From the NCBI RefSeq assembly GCF_000372725.1, contig NW_005201360.1:22881-86880 (forward strand): DNA of 64,000 nucleotides, read 5' to 3'. Below, in pieces: positions 1 through 10,220 of this stretch; position 1 is the stretch's first letter; each line of letters starts with the position of its first letter. The stretch comes from Emiliania huxleyi CCMP1516 (Eukaryota). The notes below the pieces were generated by a model that saw nothing but the letters and a program-made list of their open reading frames with translations, did no database searches and was not told where the DNA came from. Made by a program: the position numbers and the translations under genes.

Positions 1-184
1 CAATGAGCCTTCGCACCCCCTCCTTGCGCAGTGTCCCCCACTATGTGTCGCCGTTATCGGGGCACGCTATCCTGTGTAGTCAGGGCAAGTGGGGGCGGGG
101 GGCAGTCCCTTTGACGTATGTATCTCTGGGTTCTGTCTCTAGTCTCGGAGGGGGGCTTGAAGCTAAGAATATTTTATTTTTTTT

Positions 185-695
185 CACTCAGGGGGGTCAC
201 AACTACCAAGTCCCTCGACTAGCTGCCACAGGGCGCAGCTGCCACAGGGCGCAGCTGGAGACGCTCCCCCTCAATCGGCATCCACCCCCACCCGCTCCAG
301 CCCCACTTCTGCTGCCGAGAGAGCTGAATCGAAGCAAGCGAGCCATTGCATCTTGGCGTGCTCCTGGAGCGCGGCTTTCTGTGGCTACGAGCACGGCGGA
401 GTCGGCGCCGTAGCGCGCATCGTTCCCGCTCATCGCCCATTCCTCCCACGTGACGTGTGTCGGCCGCGATTCGATGTCGCCACCTTCATCGCCAACGAGG
501 ACTCCCTCGACTGCAGGGGGGCTCCGGCGCGGGGAGGGACTCCGCCTGCTGCGCTCGACTGCGCCCTCCTCCTCCATGGGATCGATCCGATTCCGCAGCG
601 GCGGTGCTGCGCGGGAGGCGGCCGCGGGCACGCTGGGCTCGATCAGCGGCTTTCCCCTCAGGTAGCGCGAAAGCACGGATTTGGCGGACGTTCTT
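185..695 (-). repeat. ~500-bp dispersed repeat, inverted copy of 39578-40070 (possible element terminus)
   Basis: TCACTCAGGGGGGTCACAACTACCAAG...GGCGGACGTTCTT is the near-identical reverse complement of 39578-40070; homology stops after TGAGTGA. Confidence 0.85.
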
Positions 696-953
696 GGCTC
701 AATTTTACGATGTCTTGGCACCAGCTGAAGGCTTGGGTCCGACATCACGCAGTTCGTGCACGGTATTCGGATTTTGCTATTTGCTCGTGTGGGGGTATAT
801 TGCAGATTTGTCAATGGTACCGCGTCTGCGACGCGGGCGCCTTGCGAGCAGAGCCCTTAGGACACCCTTATATCTTGCGCGGTCACAACATGTATGTACA
901 TGTCTCTCACACGAATGTGATCCCTCCTCCCCTCCTCCTCCCCCTCTCTCCCC

Positions 954-1694
954 TCACCGCATCGGCCCTCCCACCGCCATCAGCTTCACGTCAAAGCCGC
1001 GCATCGCGAACCACTCCGCCGTGCACCGCCGCTCGAGCGGGTCCGTCGCAGAGAGGTGAACTTCTGCGGCGCGCATGTATGCGGGCCGCTCCTTGTGGTA
1101 CTCCGCTTGCCATGCGCCGAGGTAATCGCTGTATGAGCTGTGCGCTCCCAGGCTGTGGCCGGCGTGCTTCAGGTACGCCACTCCTTCGGAGGAGTAGATC
1201 GGGACTGCGATGCCGAGCATGCACCACGCCTTGGAGGCAAAGGAGCGGGCGTAGGTGAAGCCCGCGGCCTTGCACGCCGCCGCCAGCGCCTCCACCTCGT
1301 CCGCGGCGTCAAAGTCTCCACTACCCAGCGAGCCCTGCCGCGACCGGAGGTGGCTCGCGACGGGTGCGAGGCGGAGCACCGTCTCCGCCGACAGCCCGGG
1401 AAAGGTGCGCGGCACGCCATACGCGACGATAAAGGTGCGAAGCGCCGTGCATGCTTGCCTGATCTCCGCCTCGCGCATCTTCGCGGTCGGGACGGCTGCG
1501 CTCACGGCGTCGAGCAGGTCCGTCATTATTTGACAGTCAGGCACAGTCTGCTTGCCGCCGCCTAAACCGTTCGTGCTGCCGTGATCGTTGGCTTGGCGGA
1601 AGCGGCGAAAGTACTGGACGACGTGCCGCTCGGCAGTGCTCGACGTCCTGGGCCTTTCGACGGTGGAGGGCTCAACCGAGCGCTTGCGCTTCAT
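954..1694 (-). CDS. hypothetical protein, intronless
   Basis: Long ORF with protein-like composition; ATG at 1694 (MKRKRS, NLS-like); AATTCTTTT motif upstream on the same strand; no family recognised. Confidence 0.5.
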   Translation of the reverse strand: MKRKRSVEPSTVERPRTSSTAERHVVQYFRRFRQANDHGSTNGLGGGKQTVPDCQIMTDLLDAVSAAVPTAKMREAEIRQACTALRTFIVAYGVPRTFPGLSAETVLRLAPVASHLRSRQGSLGSGDFDAADEVEALAAACKAAGFTYARSFASKAWCMLGIAVPIYSSEGVAYLKHAGHSLGAHSSYSDYLGAWQAEYHKERPAYMRAAEVHLSATDPLERRCTAEWFAMRGFDVKLMAVGGPMR

Positions 1695-1993
1695 GGTCGG
1701 TGAGCTGGTGAGTCCTCGAAAGAGCAACGGGTCCTCGGTACCCTGTGTGCGCGGGGCTCTAGGGGGCTCTAGGGCCCGGTCGATAAGCGAGTCGGGGCGC
1801 GAAGAAAAGAATTTGCGGGGTTAGCAGGAACGGGCGCGCCTGGCACTAACATCTACACCGCTATTTAGCGAAGAAAAGAATCGCCAGACGTGAAAAGAAT
1901 CGTGGGCCTGTGCCTCCTCCCATACCTCCCTCGGCCGTTCTGCTCTTCTTTCTTTTAAGAATCGTGGCCCCCTCCTCCCATACCTCCCTCGGG

Positions 1994-2163
1994 CCCTGTC
2001 GTGAGGGTGAACCCTGCCCAGCCCCCCTCCGTGTCGCGATGCGCTCCCCGCTCCCGTTCCCCTGTGTCCCTGATCGTCCTTACAAGATCCTGCTCGTGCA
2101 GGTGGGGACCCTGTCCTTCTCCCACCCCTCGTTTGGCGTGCCCGTTTTATTTATTTATTTATT
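1994..2163 (+). repeat. repeat family A (retroposon-3'-end-like), (TTTA)n tail
   Basis: Core CCTGCTCGTGCAGGTGGGGACCCTGTCC shared with four other loci; near-identical to reverse complement of 3361-3528. Confidence 0.85.
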
Positions 2164-2613
2164 CGGGCGTGCTGCTCTTCTTTCTTTTAGAATCGTGGCC
2201 CCCTCCTTGCCCGCAAAAAAAGTCATCTGACTTGGTTGGGCCCTCGCCCCTCGGGGACCCGGCCCCTCTGGCCTCTCTCGCGAGAAAATACAAAGCGGCC
2301 AAGCCTGCTGCTCCTCCGTGCGAGTGTCAACGCAGAACCCCTGTGACAAAGCTAAATAAACAAATCAGACCCCCAACAACGCGGTCATATGTCTTTCAAG
2401 CCAGGTGCGGTGGGCCTTACACTGGGTCCTACCATAGGTCATGGCAAACAGGGCGGGATTCACATATTCACTCCTACGCGCGCTCCATGCGTCGCCGTCG
2501 AATGTGGCTGCGCGCACGGAGGCAGGGTACGATCGGTCACATGGTGGGAGCAGAGCGTGCTCAAGTAGGCCCTGGGGGGGCCTTTCGTTCGCTGTCGCTC
2601 TGAACCTTCTGCT

Positions 2614-3213
2614 TCACGCGGGATTGGCCGCGAAGAAGAGGGCGGCCGCGGCGGCCGCGGCAGCAAGGAGGCCTCCCACGCCGTCATCCGTCGCTTTGAC
2701 GCCGCCGCCGCTGGCCGTCGCTGCCTTGGCCGGCCTCCACCGCAGCTGGCGCGCGAGCTGCTTCTTCTGCTGAACCTCCGCCAGCGCGGTGTTGACCTGG
2801 TCGCGCTCGAGCCGCAGCGCGGTCCCCGCCGCGATCAGTTCGGAGACAGCCTTGGCGTTGGCCGCCACTGCGTCCGAGAGCTGCGAGGACAGATCCTTGA
2901 GCGCAGCCTCGGGCTCGTCAAAGGGAGGGTAGCTGAGCGGACGAACCTGCGGGCCTCCAAAGGCAGCGACCTGCTCTGGCGTTAGGCCGATGAACGCCTG
3001 ACGCCCAAATGGGTCGAGGTCTGTAACCTCCGGGTCGCGCTCTGACAGCGGCCGACGTGCAGGGCCTCCAAATGCGGCCACCTGCTCGGCGGTGAGAGTG
3101 ATCGAAGCCTTGAGCGTGACGTCTCGGCCTGCTGCGCGCCTGCCCATTGCGCCATGCTGAGGGCCACTCGCGGCGAGGAGCCCTGTTACTGCGAGAGAAA
3201 TAGCAAGCAACAT
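2614..3213 (-). CDS. putative secreted/organelle-targeted hypothetical protein
   Basis: MLLAISLAVTGLLAA signal-like start, duplicated LT(A/P)EQVAAFGGP motif, coiled-coil-like stretch, hydrophobic C-terminus. Confidence 0.55.
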   Translation of the reverse strand: MLLAISLAVTGLLAASGPQHGAMGRRAAGRDVTLKASITLTAEQVAAFGGPARRPLSERDPEVTDLDPFGRQAFIGLTPEQVAAFGGPQVRPLSYPPFDEPEAALKDLSSQLSDAVAANAKAVSELIAAGTALRLERDQVNTALAEVQQKKQLARQLRWRPAKAATASGGGVKATDDGVGGLLAAAAAAAALFFAANPA

Positions 3214-3360
3214 CGTCCGTCGAGCGTCGGGCCGGCAAGTCCTGGATGGACTAGGGCCGCGGCGAGTCCTGGACGAGGCCGCGGCGAGTCCTGACCCTAC
3301 AGCTCTCGCGCAGCGGGACTGCAATTGCGACAATTATGGTTTCTTCTGGCCTCCGGGTTA

Positions 3361-3730
3361 TAAATAAATAAATACAACGGACACGCCAAACGAGGGGTGG
3401 GAGAAGGACAGGGTCCCCACCTGCACGAGCAGGATCTTGTAAGGACGATCAGGGACACCGGGGAACGGGAGCGGGGAGCGCATCGCGACACGGAGGGGGG
3501 CTGGGCAGGGTTCACCCTCACGACAGGGTCCCAGGGATTCCTCTCTCGTATAGGACAGGTTGCACCCGGCGGCACGGGGGCAAGCGCGGGCCTCCTACTG
3601 GTTGCGCTCTCCTAGTTCTCCTGCTCCTGACAAGGGACAGCGACAGGCTCGCAGCACGGTGGACTCCCTATCCACTGGCGATCTCTCTCGACTAGCGACC
3701 TTCCTCCGACTTCTCACCGGCAGTCTCTTC
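3361..3730 (-). repeat. repeat family A, long copy with (TTTA)n tail
   Basis: Same core plus CTCCTGCTCCTGACAAGGGACA block shared with 6592-6830 and 26023-26158. Confidence 0.85.
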
Positions 3731-3868
3731 TACCACAGGCAGACTGACACGTGGGTGGCAGTGGCTGTGATAGGAGTCTCCCACTCTGTGGGCCTCGCTA
3801 GAAGTGCGACCCCTGCGCGTGTCCTCGCCCTTGAAGGGGAAGGGGCTGTGTGTCTGTGCATGTGTACA

Positions 3869-3870
<2 letters not shown>

Positions 3871-3931
<61 letters not shown>
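3871..3931. repeat. (GT)n microsatellite
   Basis: Perfect dinucleotide run. Confidence 0.95.
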
Positions 3932-3933
<2 letters not shown>

Positions 3934-4044
3934 CGCTCGCTCGCTCTCGCGCGCCGCTTGCGCGATCGCGCGCGCGCGCTGCGCGAGCCGCCCTGCCCGC
4001 TGCGCTGCTAGGGATGCGCTGCGGGAAGGGCTCGGCGGCCGTTC

Positions 4045-4895
4045 CTAGAGCTCCTCGTCGCTCCCCTCGTATAGCGAGGGCTCGTTGGACTCGAGGCGTG
4101 GACCGCCGTCGTAGGGGGAGCGTGCGGTTCCGCGGGCGACGCTCGCCCAGTCCTTCTTGTTGCTCTTGACCTCGCCGCCGCCGCCGCCGCGGCCGCGGCC
4201 GCCGCGCCCGCGCCGCCCGCGGCTTGTGCCCAGCCTGACCGCGCTCGGCATGCGCTCGTAGATAGTGTCCTTGAAGGCGGAGTGGAGGAGCGCCTCGAAG
4301 TTGACGCACGGCGCGTAGCGGCAGCGAGCGGCGGTCTTGCACGGGAGGGCGGTCTGGTTGAAGGCCGGGCAGAAGCCGATCCCGTCGCGCGCCGCCATCG
4401 CCTTGGCCTTGCCCGCCGCGCGCGCGACCTCGACCTTGTTGTCGACGATGAGGCTCTCGAAGGTCTTCTTCTTGGCGACGTTCGCCGCTGCGGCGCGCCT
4501 CTCCTTGAGCGCCTGCGCGGCGCACTGCGCGTCGTGGATGATGTCGGCGTTGGTCAACCCAAATGCACGGCAGGAGGGGCAGAGTTTGTTGCCGAGGACC
4601 TTGACGCACCCGACGTCGAGGCGGAGGGGTCCGCCGACATCGCCGCTCGCGTAGACGTTGGGCAGGACCGGGAGGTTGCAGACGAGGTTCTCGTTCTTCA
4701 CCTTGAAGAGGATCGAGCCGTCCTTCTCGTCCGACTTCGTGCCCAGGAAGGAGTGGTATCCCTCCTGGATGGAGACCATGTTGCCGAAGTGCTTCTCCAA
4801 GAGGGGGGCGAAGTGCTCGATCTGGGCCGCGGTGTCGATGGCGCCGCGCGTGCGTATGGCGAGGAGGCCTTCGGAGTCGTGCGAGTGCGAGTCAA
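4045..4895 (-). CDS. Cys-rich, RGG-containing ORF; possible 5'-truncated retroelement ORF1/Gag-like protein
   Basis: Frame stays open upstream of 4800 without an ATG; CPSC..H..C and FCPAFNQTALPCKTAARCRYAPC motifs, RGRGGRGRGG tract; co-oriented with family A end. Confidence 0.45.
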
Positions 4896-5045
4896 CCGGG
4901 ATAATTCTTTTTCTCCGTGGATGATTAGTGACCCCCCGAGAGCCACTCGGTCGCGTCCTTCGCCAGCCGGCCCAATCCCGAACGTACTCCCTCGCGTTCG
5001 CGTGAGGCCCACTCCCGATCCCGCGGACTCCCTCGTTTTCGCGTG

Positions 5046-6302
5046 ATGGCTGCGTCCTGCGTCATCTGCTTCGACCACGACGGCGCCGGGCAGCCTGATG
5101 GCGTGTGGTGCGACGCCGGCCACTACACGTGCGCCAGCTGCGTTGAGTCGCAAGTGCGGCACGCCGCGGCCGCGTTGGGCGCAGTCTCCGACCTCGTCCT
5201 CAAGGCGGACGCCGCTGACGTGCGCACTCGGCACAAGTACGCCGGCCGCCACCTCTGTGCGTCCATCGGCTGCACGAGCGAGCCCATTGACGACAGCGAG
5301 ATTGCGAGAGTCACGTCACGCACAACCTTTGCCGCCTTTGTCGAAGCCAAGGTGCTGCTGCCGACTGCGCGTCGCGTCGCGGCGGTGGTCGCCGAGGCAT
5401 CCAAGGGCGCGGCTCGCGAGGCTAACCTACTCGAGCTGCAGCTGCGCTCCGAGATGCCGGCGGCTCGCATGTGCGGCCGGTGCTCCTTTGGGCCGGTCGA
5501 CGCGTTCGGCTGCTCCGACCTCATGGGCCACCACGGGGAGGAGCGAGCTGGCACGAGGATCGACAACGCGTGCCCGGCCTGCGGCAACTTTGCGAGATCC
5601 ATCGAGGACTGGCCGCTTTGGGACGGCGTCCTGCGCACCGCGAGCGACTGCGTCCCGCAGCCGCCCGCCGAGGAGGAGGCTGCGCGGCGGCGGCGGCGTC
5701 AGGAGGAACTCGCCTCGCAGCGGGCAGCGCTCGAGGCGTCGTGGCTCGCAGATGATGGGTCGGATGAATGGGCTCGTGAGGTGGAGTGGGCGAGGGAGGC
5801 GGAGGAGATGGAGGATGCGTGGCTGTGGCACCGGCAGCGCTTCGAGCCGCGCTGGCGCTCGCGGTCCCGCTCGCCGGTCCGGCGCCCGCGCTTCGAGCGC
5901 AACCAGCGCCACCAGCGCCGCTTTCAGTCGCGCTCGCCGGACCGCTCCCGCGCCCCGCCGCTCTGGCGCCAGCGCTCGAGGGAGGCGGAGGAGATGGAGG
6001 ATGTGTGGCTGTGGCACCGGCAGCGCTTCGAGCCGCGCTGGCGCTCGCGGTCCCGCTCGCCGGTCCGGCGCCCGCGCTTCGAGCGCAACCAGCGCCACCA
6101 GCGCCGCTTTCAGTCGCGCTCGCCGGACCGCTCCCGCGCCCCGCCGCTCTGGCGCCAGCGCTCGCCGCCCCGTGGCCCGCGCTCGCCGCCTCCTCGCCAC
6201 CATTCGCCGCCTCGCCCACCGCCGCTCTATTATTTTCGCCACCGCTCTCCGCCTCGCCACCGGCCGCCGCCTCGCCGCCGATCGCCGCCTCGCCGCCGCT
6301 AG
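5046..6302 (+). CDS. RING/RBR-like zinc-finger protein with RS/Pro-rich tail
   Basis: CVICF..C..GH.TC..C RING-like motif, second Cys cluster CGRC...C...CPACG, RSRSRSP repeats. Confidence 0.7.
   Translation: MAASCVICFDHDGAGQPDGVWCDAGHYTCASCVESQVRHAAAALGAVSDLVLKADAADVRTRHKYAGRHLCASIGCTSEPIDDSEIARVTSRTTFAAFVEAKVLLPTARRVAAVVAEASKGAAREANLLELQLRSEMPAARMCGRCSFGPVDAFGCSDLMGHHGEERAGTRIDNACPACGNFARSIEDWPLWDGVLRTASDCVPQPPAEEEAARRRRRQEELASQRAALEASWLADDGSDEWAREVEWAREAEEMEDAWLWHRQRFEPRWRSRSRSPVRRPRFERNQRHQRRFQSRSPDRSRAPPLWRQRSREAEEMEDVWLWHRQRFEPRWRSRSRSPVRRPRFERNQRHQRRFQSRSPDRSRAPPLWRQRSPPRGPRSPPPRHHSPPRPPPLYYFRHRSPPRHRPPPRRRSPPRRR
5791..6164 (+). repeat. in-frame 186-bp tandem duplication
   Basis: Units start at 5791 and 5977; near-identical 62-aa repeat. 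Confidence 0.9.
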
Positions 6303-6591
6303 CCTGCATATTCGCCAAAATCGGCACGCCGCCACGCCGGCCGGAATGGCCTCGCGCACGCCTCGCAGATTGGTGTTCCCGCCCGAGTCAGGCGCGGAAT
6401 TCCCTGAGTCACTCGACCAGCGCTGTGGTGTGACTCGGGAGGAGGCGTCCTCTACGGCTCTAGCACGCACACAAGGCTCAAGGGGCCCAACCCGCAGCAG
6501 CCAGCACAGCCGTGGGGGACGGATCACAGCACAGATGAGTCAGGGAAGTAGACCCGAGAACACAGAGGCGTGTGTACACAGAACATCGGCT

Positions 6592-6830
6592 AAAGAAAGA
6601 AAGAAAGAAAACAGACAAACCCAGACGAGGGATGGGGGAGGAGGACAGGGTCCCCACCTGCACGAGCAGGATTTTGGAAGGACGATCAGGAGGCTTCAGG
6701 GGGACAGGTGGGGCTCTCCTGCTCCTGACAAGGGACACGACAGGCTCGCAGCGCGGTGCACGGTGGGGTCCCAACTCCACTGGCGGTCTCATCTCAGTCT
6801 AGCGACCTGCCTCCAGCTTCCCGCTGGCAT
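6592..6830 (-). repeat. repeat family A, (TTTC)n tail
   Basis: GGACAGGGTCCCCACCTGCACGAGCAGG core preceded on + by (AAAG)n. Confidence 0.85.
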
Positions 6831-6916
6831 CGGCTACGAGCTCGTAGCGGAGCACTGCGGGGGCCCCGGGCCGCTGTAAGTTTTGTTGGAGCCAGCCCCG
6901 GCCGCGCGCGCGGTCA

Positions 6917-9878
6917 ATGCTGTCTCAGCACTCGATCGTCTGGGAAGGCCTATGCGCCAGCGTGCCCGACGGCCGCGGCCAAAGGCGGGTGCTGCAGGAC
7001 GCGCACGGCCACGCGCTCTCGGGCGAACCTCCGTCGGCGGACGCGTGGGTGAGCGGCGAGTCGGAGGATGACGCGTCAGACTCCGAGTCGCCGCTCGAAG
7101 GCGGCATCCTTGGCATACTCGGCCCGTCGGGCGCGGGCAAGACAACGCTGCTGCGGATCCTCGCTGGCCATGCGCTGCCCGATGCGGGCCGTGTCCTGCT
7201 CGACGGCGCCGAGTATGACGGCGCCACTGCGGAGAGGATCGGATACGTGCCGCAGGTGGCTGCTCTGCCCGCAGCCCGCGCGAGTGTCGGCAGCACGCAG
7301 CACACAAACAGTAGTAGTGGACAGTCAGGTCGTTTGCTTGGGGCAGCCGCAGCTTGCGCGAGGAGCGACCCACCGGCCGCCAGCAGCTGCAGAGTGTCGC
7401 GTCACAAGGCGCCCTCTCCGCATCCTCTCGGCCCTCCGCAGGAAGAGAAGCTCTACGGCTGCCTCACGGCGAGCGAGACGCTGATGCTGGCAGCGCGGCT
7501 CCGCGCGGTGCCCGCCGCCTCGCGCGGCCAGCTCGTCACCGACACCCTCGCCGCCCTCGGCCTGACCAGCGTCGCAGCCTCTCAAGTCGGTGCCTCTGCG
7601 CCTCCTCCCGCCTCGTCCCGCGGCCTGCCCGGAGGTCAGCCGAGGTCAGCCGAGGTCACGCCTCCCCTGCCGCGCGCAGGCCGCCTCTCGGGCGGGGAGC
7701 GGAAGCGCGTCTCCGTCGCCACCGAGATGATGCACACTCCCTCCCTCTCCTCGCGCCAACCCCGCGCCCCTCCTCACCGCCGCCCACGGACCCGCACCTC
7801 TAGGCACTCCCCATCCCTCCTCCTCCTCGACGAGCCAACCTCGGGACTCGACGCCAACGCCGCCCGCGCGCTGCTCGGATCGCTGCGCGCCCTCTGCCCG
7901 CGCCTCGCCGTCGCCCTCACCATCCACCAGCCGGGGGCAAAGCTGTGGGCGCAGCTGTCGCACTGCTGCCTCCTCGCGCCGGGCGCGCGGAGAGATGCTC
8001 CTCCGCGGGAGATCGCACGCGAGATCAGCCGAGGTCACGCGAGATTCGCGCGAGGCGTCAGGCGCGCAGCTCTACTTTGGCGCCACCGCCGCCGCCCCCT
8101 CCTACTTTGCGCGGGCTCGGCCTGCGGCTCGCGGCCTCGCGCGGGCCCTTCCCCGAGCCTTCTCTCGGAGCCTTCCTCTCAGGCGAAGCTCGGCCTGCCC
8201 CGCCCGCACGACGCCTCCGTCGCCGAGCACCTCCTCGACCTCGCCGCCGACGCAGAGCCGCTCGGGCTGCCGCTCCGCATCGCTGCGCTCGGGCCGGCGA
8301 CGCACAGGCCGCCCGCCGCCGCGGCCCGCCTGCTGCACGCCTCGACCGCCAGGGCGACCGCCGCACGCCGCGCGAGGGCCGGGCGGGGGTGCGGCCGCGC
8401 GTCGCCGGCGGAGCAGTTCGCGGCGCTCTTTTGGCGCGCGCACACGCAAAACTGCCGCAACCCCGCCTTCCTTCGCGCGCTGCTCGGCCGGACTCTCACG
8501 ATGGCGCGCGGCAAAGGCTGGCACCTCTGCTTTGGGCTACCCGAGAGATGAGCCGAGGTACCCGAGGCTGTAGGCGATGCTGGTTGGGCACCTCTTCTCG
8601 AACGTCGACTTGTCGCAGCGCGGCGCGCAGGACCGCGCAGGCGCGACCCACCACGCCCCTGCCGCCGCGTCCCTTTGCACGGGCAGATCTGCCCCGGGTA
8701 GACTATTCCCAGAGGCTCGCTCTGCTCCGAGCACCATCCCGACGTGTCTCATTTGCGCCGTGCTCTCTCTCCGCCGCAGGCGCCCTCTTCTTCATGCTCA
8801 CCACGCAGGTCATGTCCTCCTCGGCGTCGATGCGAACCTTCCTCGCCGAGCGGGCCATCGCCCAGCACGAGGCGCGCGCTCTCCGGGCTCTCTCCGCACG
8901 CCTCGCATCTCTGCACGCTCCGCGTCTTCTCCGCACGCGCCCGCGATGCTCCCAACGACGTATCTCTCCCCCGCCCTCTGAACCTTCGCGGAACCGTCCT
9001 CTGCGCCAGGCGCGCTCCGCCCTCTGGGCGCCGCTGCCGTACTTCCTCGCGCGCTCCGCCGCCGAGACGCTGCTGCAGGCGACCGCCGCCGCCGCCTTTG
9101 GCGCGGCCTGCTACTGCCTCGTCGGCCTCGCCCCCACCGCCGCCCAGTTCTCCTTCTTCCTCGCGCTCGTCACCCTCGCCACTCTCGTCGCCGAGTCGTA
9201 CGTCGTGATGGTCGGCACGCTGCTCTCGGACGAGAAGGCGGCGGCGCTCGTCGCGCCGCTGCTGCTCGCGCTGATGATGGCCTCAGGCGACGCCTCCCCT
9301 CGCCTTCCCCTCGTCTCTCGTTGCCTCTGCTCGTTTGTACCGAGCGTGACGCAGAGGACGTGACTTGCTGCTGCAGGCGGCTTCTTCGTCTCGCACGCCT
9401 CGACGCCGCCCCTCTTCCACGTGCTCAACACCGTCAACCTCTTCCGGTGCGGCCCTCGCCCGACCCCTCGCCCTGCGCTTGCCTCCCGCCCTTGCCGACG
9501 GCGTCGCTCCGTCGCCCAGGCCGCGCCCGCAGCGCCTCCTCTCCCACCGCTCCCGCCCCTCCGCCCTCGGCCCACAGGTACGCGTATGCCGGCCTGCTGC
9601 GCAACGAGCTGGCGGGCCTCTCCTTCCGCTGCACCGAGCACGAGCTCGTCGGCCCGCCGCGGCCGCCGCGCGCCGCCCGCCTCGCCCTCCGCGCCGCGCG
9701 CGTCCGCTGGCCAGCCAGGGTCTGCCCCATCTCCACCGGCGAGGCGGCGCTCGAGCGCATGGGCGTCTCGGACCTGACGCCGGCCGCGGCGTGCGGCGCG
9801 CTCGTGCTCATGGGCCTCGCCTACCGCGCCGCCGGGTATTGGGCGTTGCGCCGGCGCTTCCGCTCGCCGTTGGCCTAG
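6917..9878 (+). CDS. ABC transporter G family (White-like half transporter), multi-exon
   Basis: Walker A GPSGAGKTT, LSGGERKRVS signature, LLLDEPTSGLD Walker B, TIHQP, then ABC2-membrane segments (YFLARS..E; YAYAGLLRNE) across frames. Confidence 0.9.
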
Positions 9879-10220
9879 CCTTGGTTTGGCCAAGGTGTAT
9901 TGAGTGCAGCTGCGCGGCGCGCGACGCTCGCAGTTTCGCCGCGCCTGCCCGATCGCGAGCAGGGTGAATCACACACGCAGTTTGTGCCTTTCACACTTCA
10001 AAGCATCAAGCTAAAGCTCTAGACAGTGACACTCGTACCTTTCGGGCTCACACACACGCGCATCACTCTTACCACAGTACGTATTTCACAGTTTCCATAG
10101 GCGGATCACACGCGCACACAGTCTCATCACACACGCAGAAACAGAGTCTCCCCTTGCACCCTTGCTACTGCGTAGTCCGTCCTACGCCGCACACAGCCCC
10201 CCCCCTCCCCCCCCCCCCCG

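Noticed and set aside
1994..3528. ~165-bp inverted repeats flanking an ORF, resembling a TIR transposon
   Set aside because: Both arms are family A copies with tails pointing inward; the right copy extends further and no TSD is seen
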